Shown one piece after another: positions 62,796 to 64,000 of a stretch of 64,000 nucleotides of DNA. The translations under genes and the position numbers were made by a program. A model generated the notes under the pieces. The model did not search any database. It saw only the letters and a list, made by a program, of their open reading frames with translations, and was not told the DNA's origin. Every line of letters begins with the position of its first letter. Within the stretch, counting starts at the first letter, position 1. Source of the stretch: Monocercomonoides exilis PA203 (Eukaryota; Protista; Preaxostyla); assembly GCA_001643675.2 (NCBI GenBank), contig LSRY02000015.1:930001-994000 (forward strand), given 5' to 3'.

Positions 62796-63053
62796 TGGAT
62801 GATTATTTTTGATGTCATATTATTTCAAATTAAAATTTCGGTTTGAATATTTCTCCTTTACATAAACAAAATAACACTTAAAAGAAAAAAGGTTCGAAAA
62901 ACATTATCATGATTTTTATTTCTGCTTTAACATTTGTTTTTAAAACAGTTGTTATAAAATTTTCAAATAGAATGCAAAATCTCTTCCCAACGACAAATGA
63001 AAATGAAAAATTGACACCCCGAAAAAAGTTATGATTTCAAAATTAATCACCCA
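62796..63053. mobile_element. TGGG MITE type I (258 bp)
   Basis: TGGATGATTATTTTTGATGTCATA...GAAAAAAGTTATGATTTCAAAATTAATCACCCA. The interior is like that of 19603 and 32286. Confidence 0.7.
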
Positions 63054-64000
63054 TATGGACGATTTTGAATCTCAAGATACAAACAAAAAAATGAAAGAGA
63101 GCAAAAAATATAACATAAAAAAGAAAAAAAAAATTGATTTTTCCATTGGTTCCCATCATTAAAATGGAGTTGTATTTATTTAAAACAAATTCTTCTATCG
63201 AATCAACTTATTCTTTATTTTTAAGTAATGAAAAAGAAAAAAAGAAATACATGAAGAATTTGAATTTTTCTTCAAAAATTACAAAACTATCAAAAAAACA
63301 ACATTCATAAACATTTTCTTCTTCTTTTTCATTATCTTCGAATGAAAAATCGAGATCCTGCGTTATCATGCTTCTTTCTTCTCAAACAGGCTTGAAAAGC
63401 AATGGCAGTGTGTGCCCTCTTTCTGCCATTTGTCAATGCATGGCTTCTCTTAGTCTAAAATTAAAAGACATTTCTTCAATAACCAGAATGCAAAAAACAT
63501 TCATGCATCTGTTTCATCTTCTTCGAATCTCTTCGTTTAATTTTAATGTGTGGGATGGAGGACAAATAAATAAATTTTACGACACTTATCTTGGAGGGAA
63601 GAATCAGCCAAAAGAACTGTCTGTTGATTTTGAAAGACTTCTCAAAGTTTTTTCTAAATATTGAAATGAAATAAATGATATGTTTTCTATCATTTCACAA
63701 AATGTTTTAATGTGTGCTCATTGTAATGATTACTCTTTTTCAAGAAGGAATGATCAGTTTTTTGTGACAATAAGATTATCAAATGTTGTTTCATGTTTTC
63801 AAGATTTATTAACTTGTGATTCTTTTTTTATTGAGAAGAGAGAAGGAGAGTGTGTTTCATATCACAGAGATAGACAATTTTTGAAATATGTTCGTTTTTT
63901 TGTTTGAATATTGTAAGTGTTTTGTGTTTCTTGTTTCTTTAAACTCAAAGAATTTAATATTAGTTGTTTCAAGAACAACTTTTCACACACCATTAAAATC

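Noticed and set aside
63340-63910. Intact gene at the window end
   Set aside because: Short ORFs broken by stops. Probably a decayed family fragment, but no motif supports a call.

Overview
AT-rich eukaryotic DNA with short GT-AG spliceosomal introns and the standard genetic code. The gene at 24106-25577 belongs to a family I recognise as expanded in the oxymonad Monocercomonoides, so an oxymonad/metamonad origin is likely (inference, not searched). Bases 1-18 kb are gene-dense: a CCDC47 (PAT complex) homologue, an unknown membrane protein, a cyclin-Y-like gene, an ARM-like gene, an HROB/MCM8IP-like gene and a long charged-helix protein ending in a CBM48 domain. Bases 18-43 kb hold lineage-specific family members, a frameshifted KTI12 and pseudogenes. 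Bases 43-64 kb are nested DNA transposons: four divergent Merlin/IS1595 (ISXO2) elements, hAT, pogo-like and Sola-like relics, and several MITE families. The main signal is cargo carriage and end-remodelling by DNA transposons. (1) A 408-bp Merlin-type MITE (24-bp TIRs, perfect 8-bp TSD) carries a 91-nt tRNA-like Pol III unit (A box, B box, T7 terminator) plus degenerate TTAGGG repeats, and sits between two divergent genes. (2) An intact Merlin has 970-bp inverted arms that include the 3' end of its own transposase and a G-tract array. (3) A 5.0-kb hAT-type element (perfect 8-bp TSD) and a 3.3-kb TIR element enclose host-like gene fragments. Gene models and coordinates were derived by hand; no database search was run.
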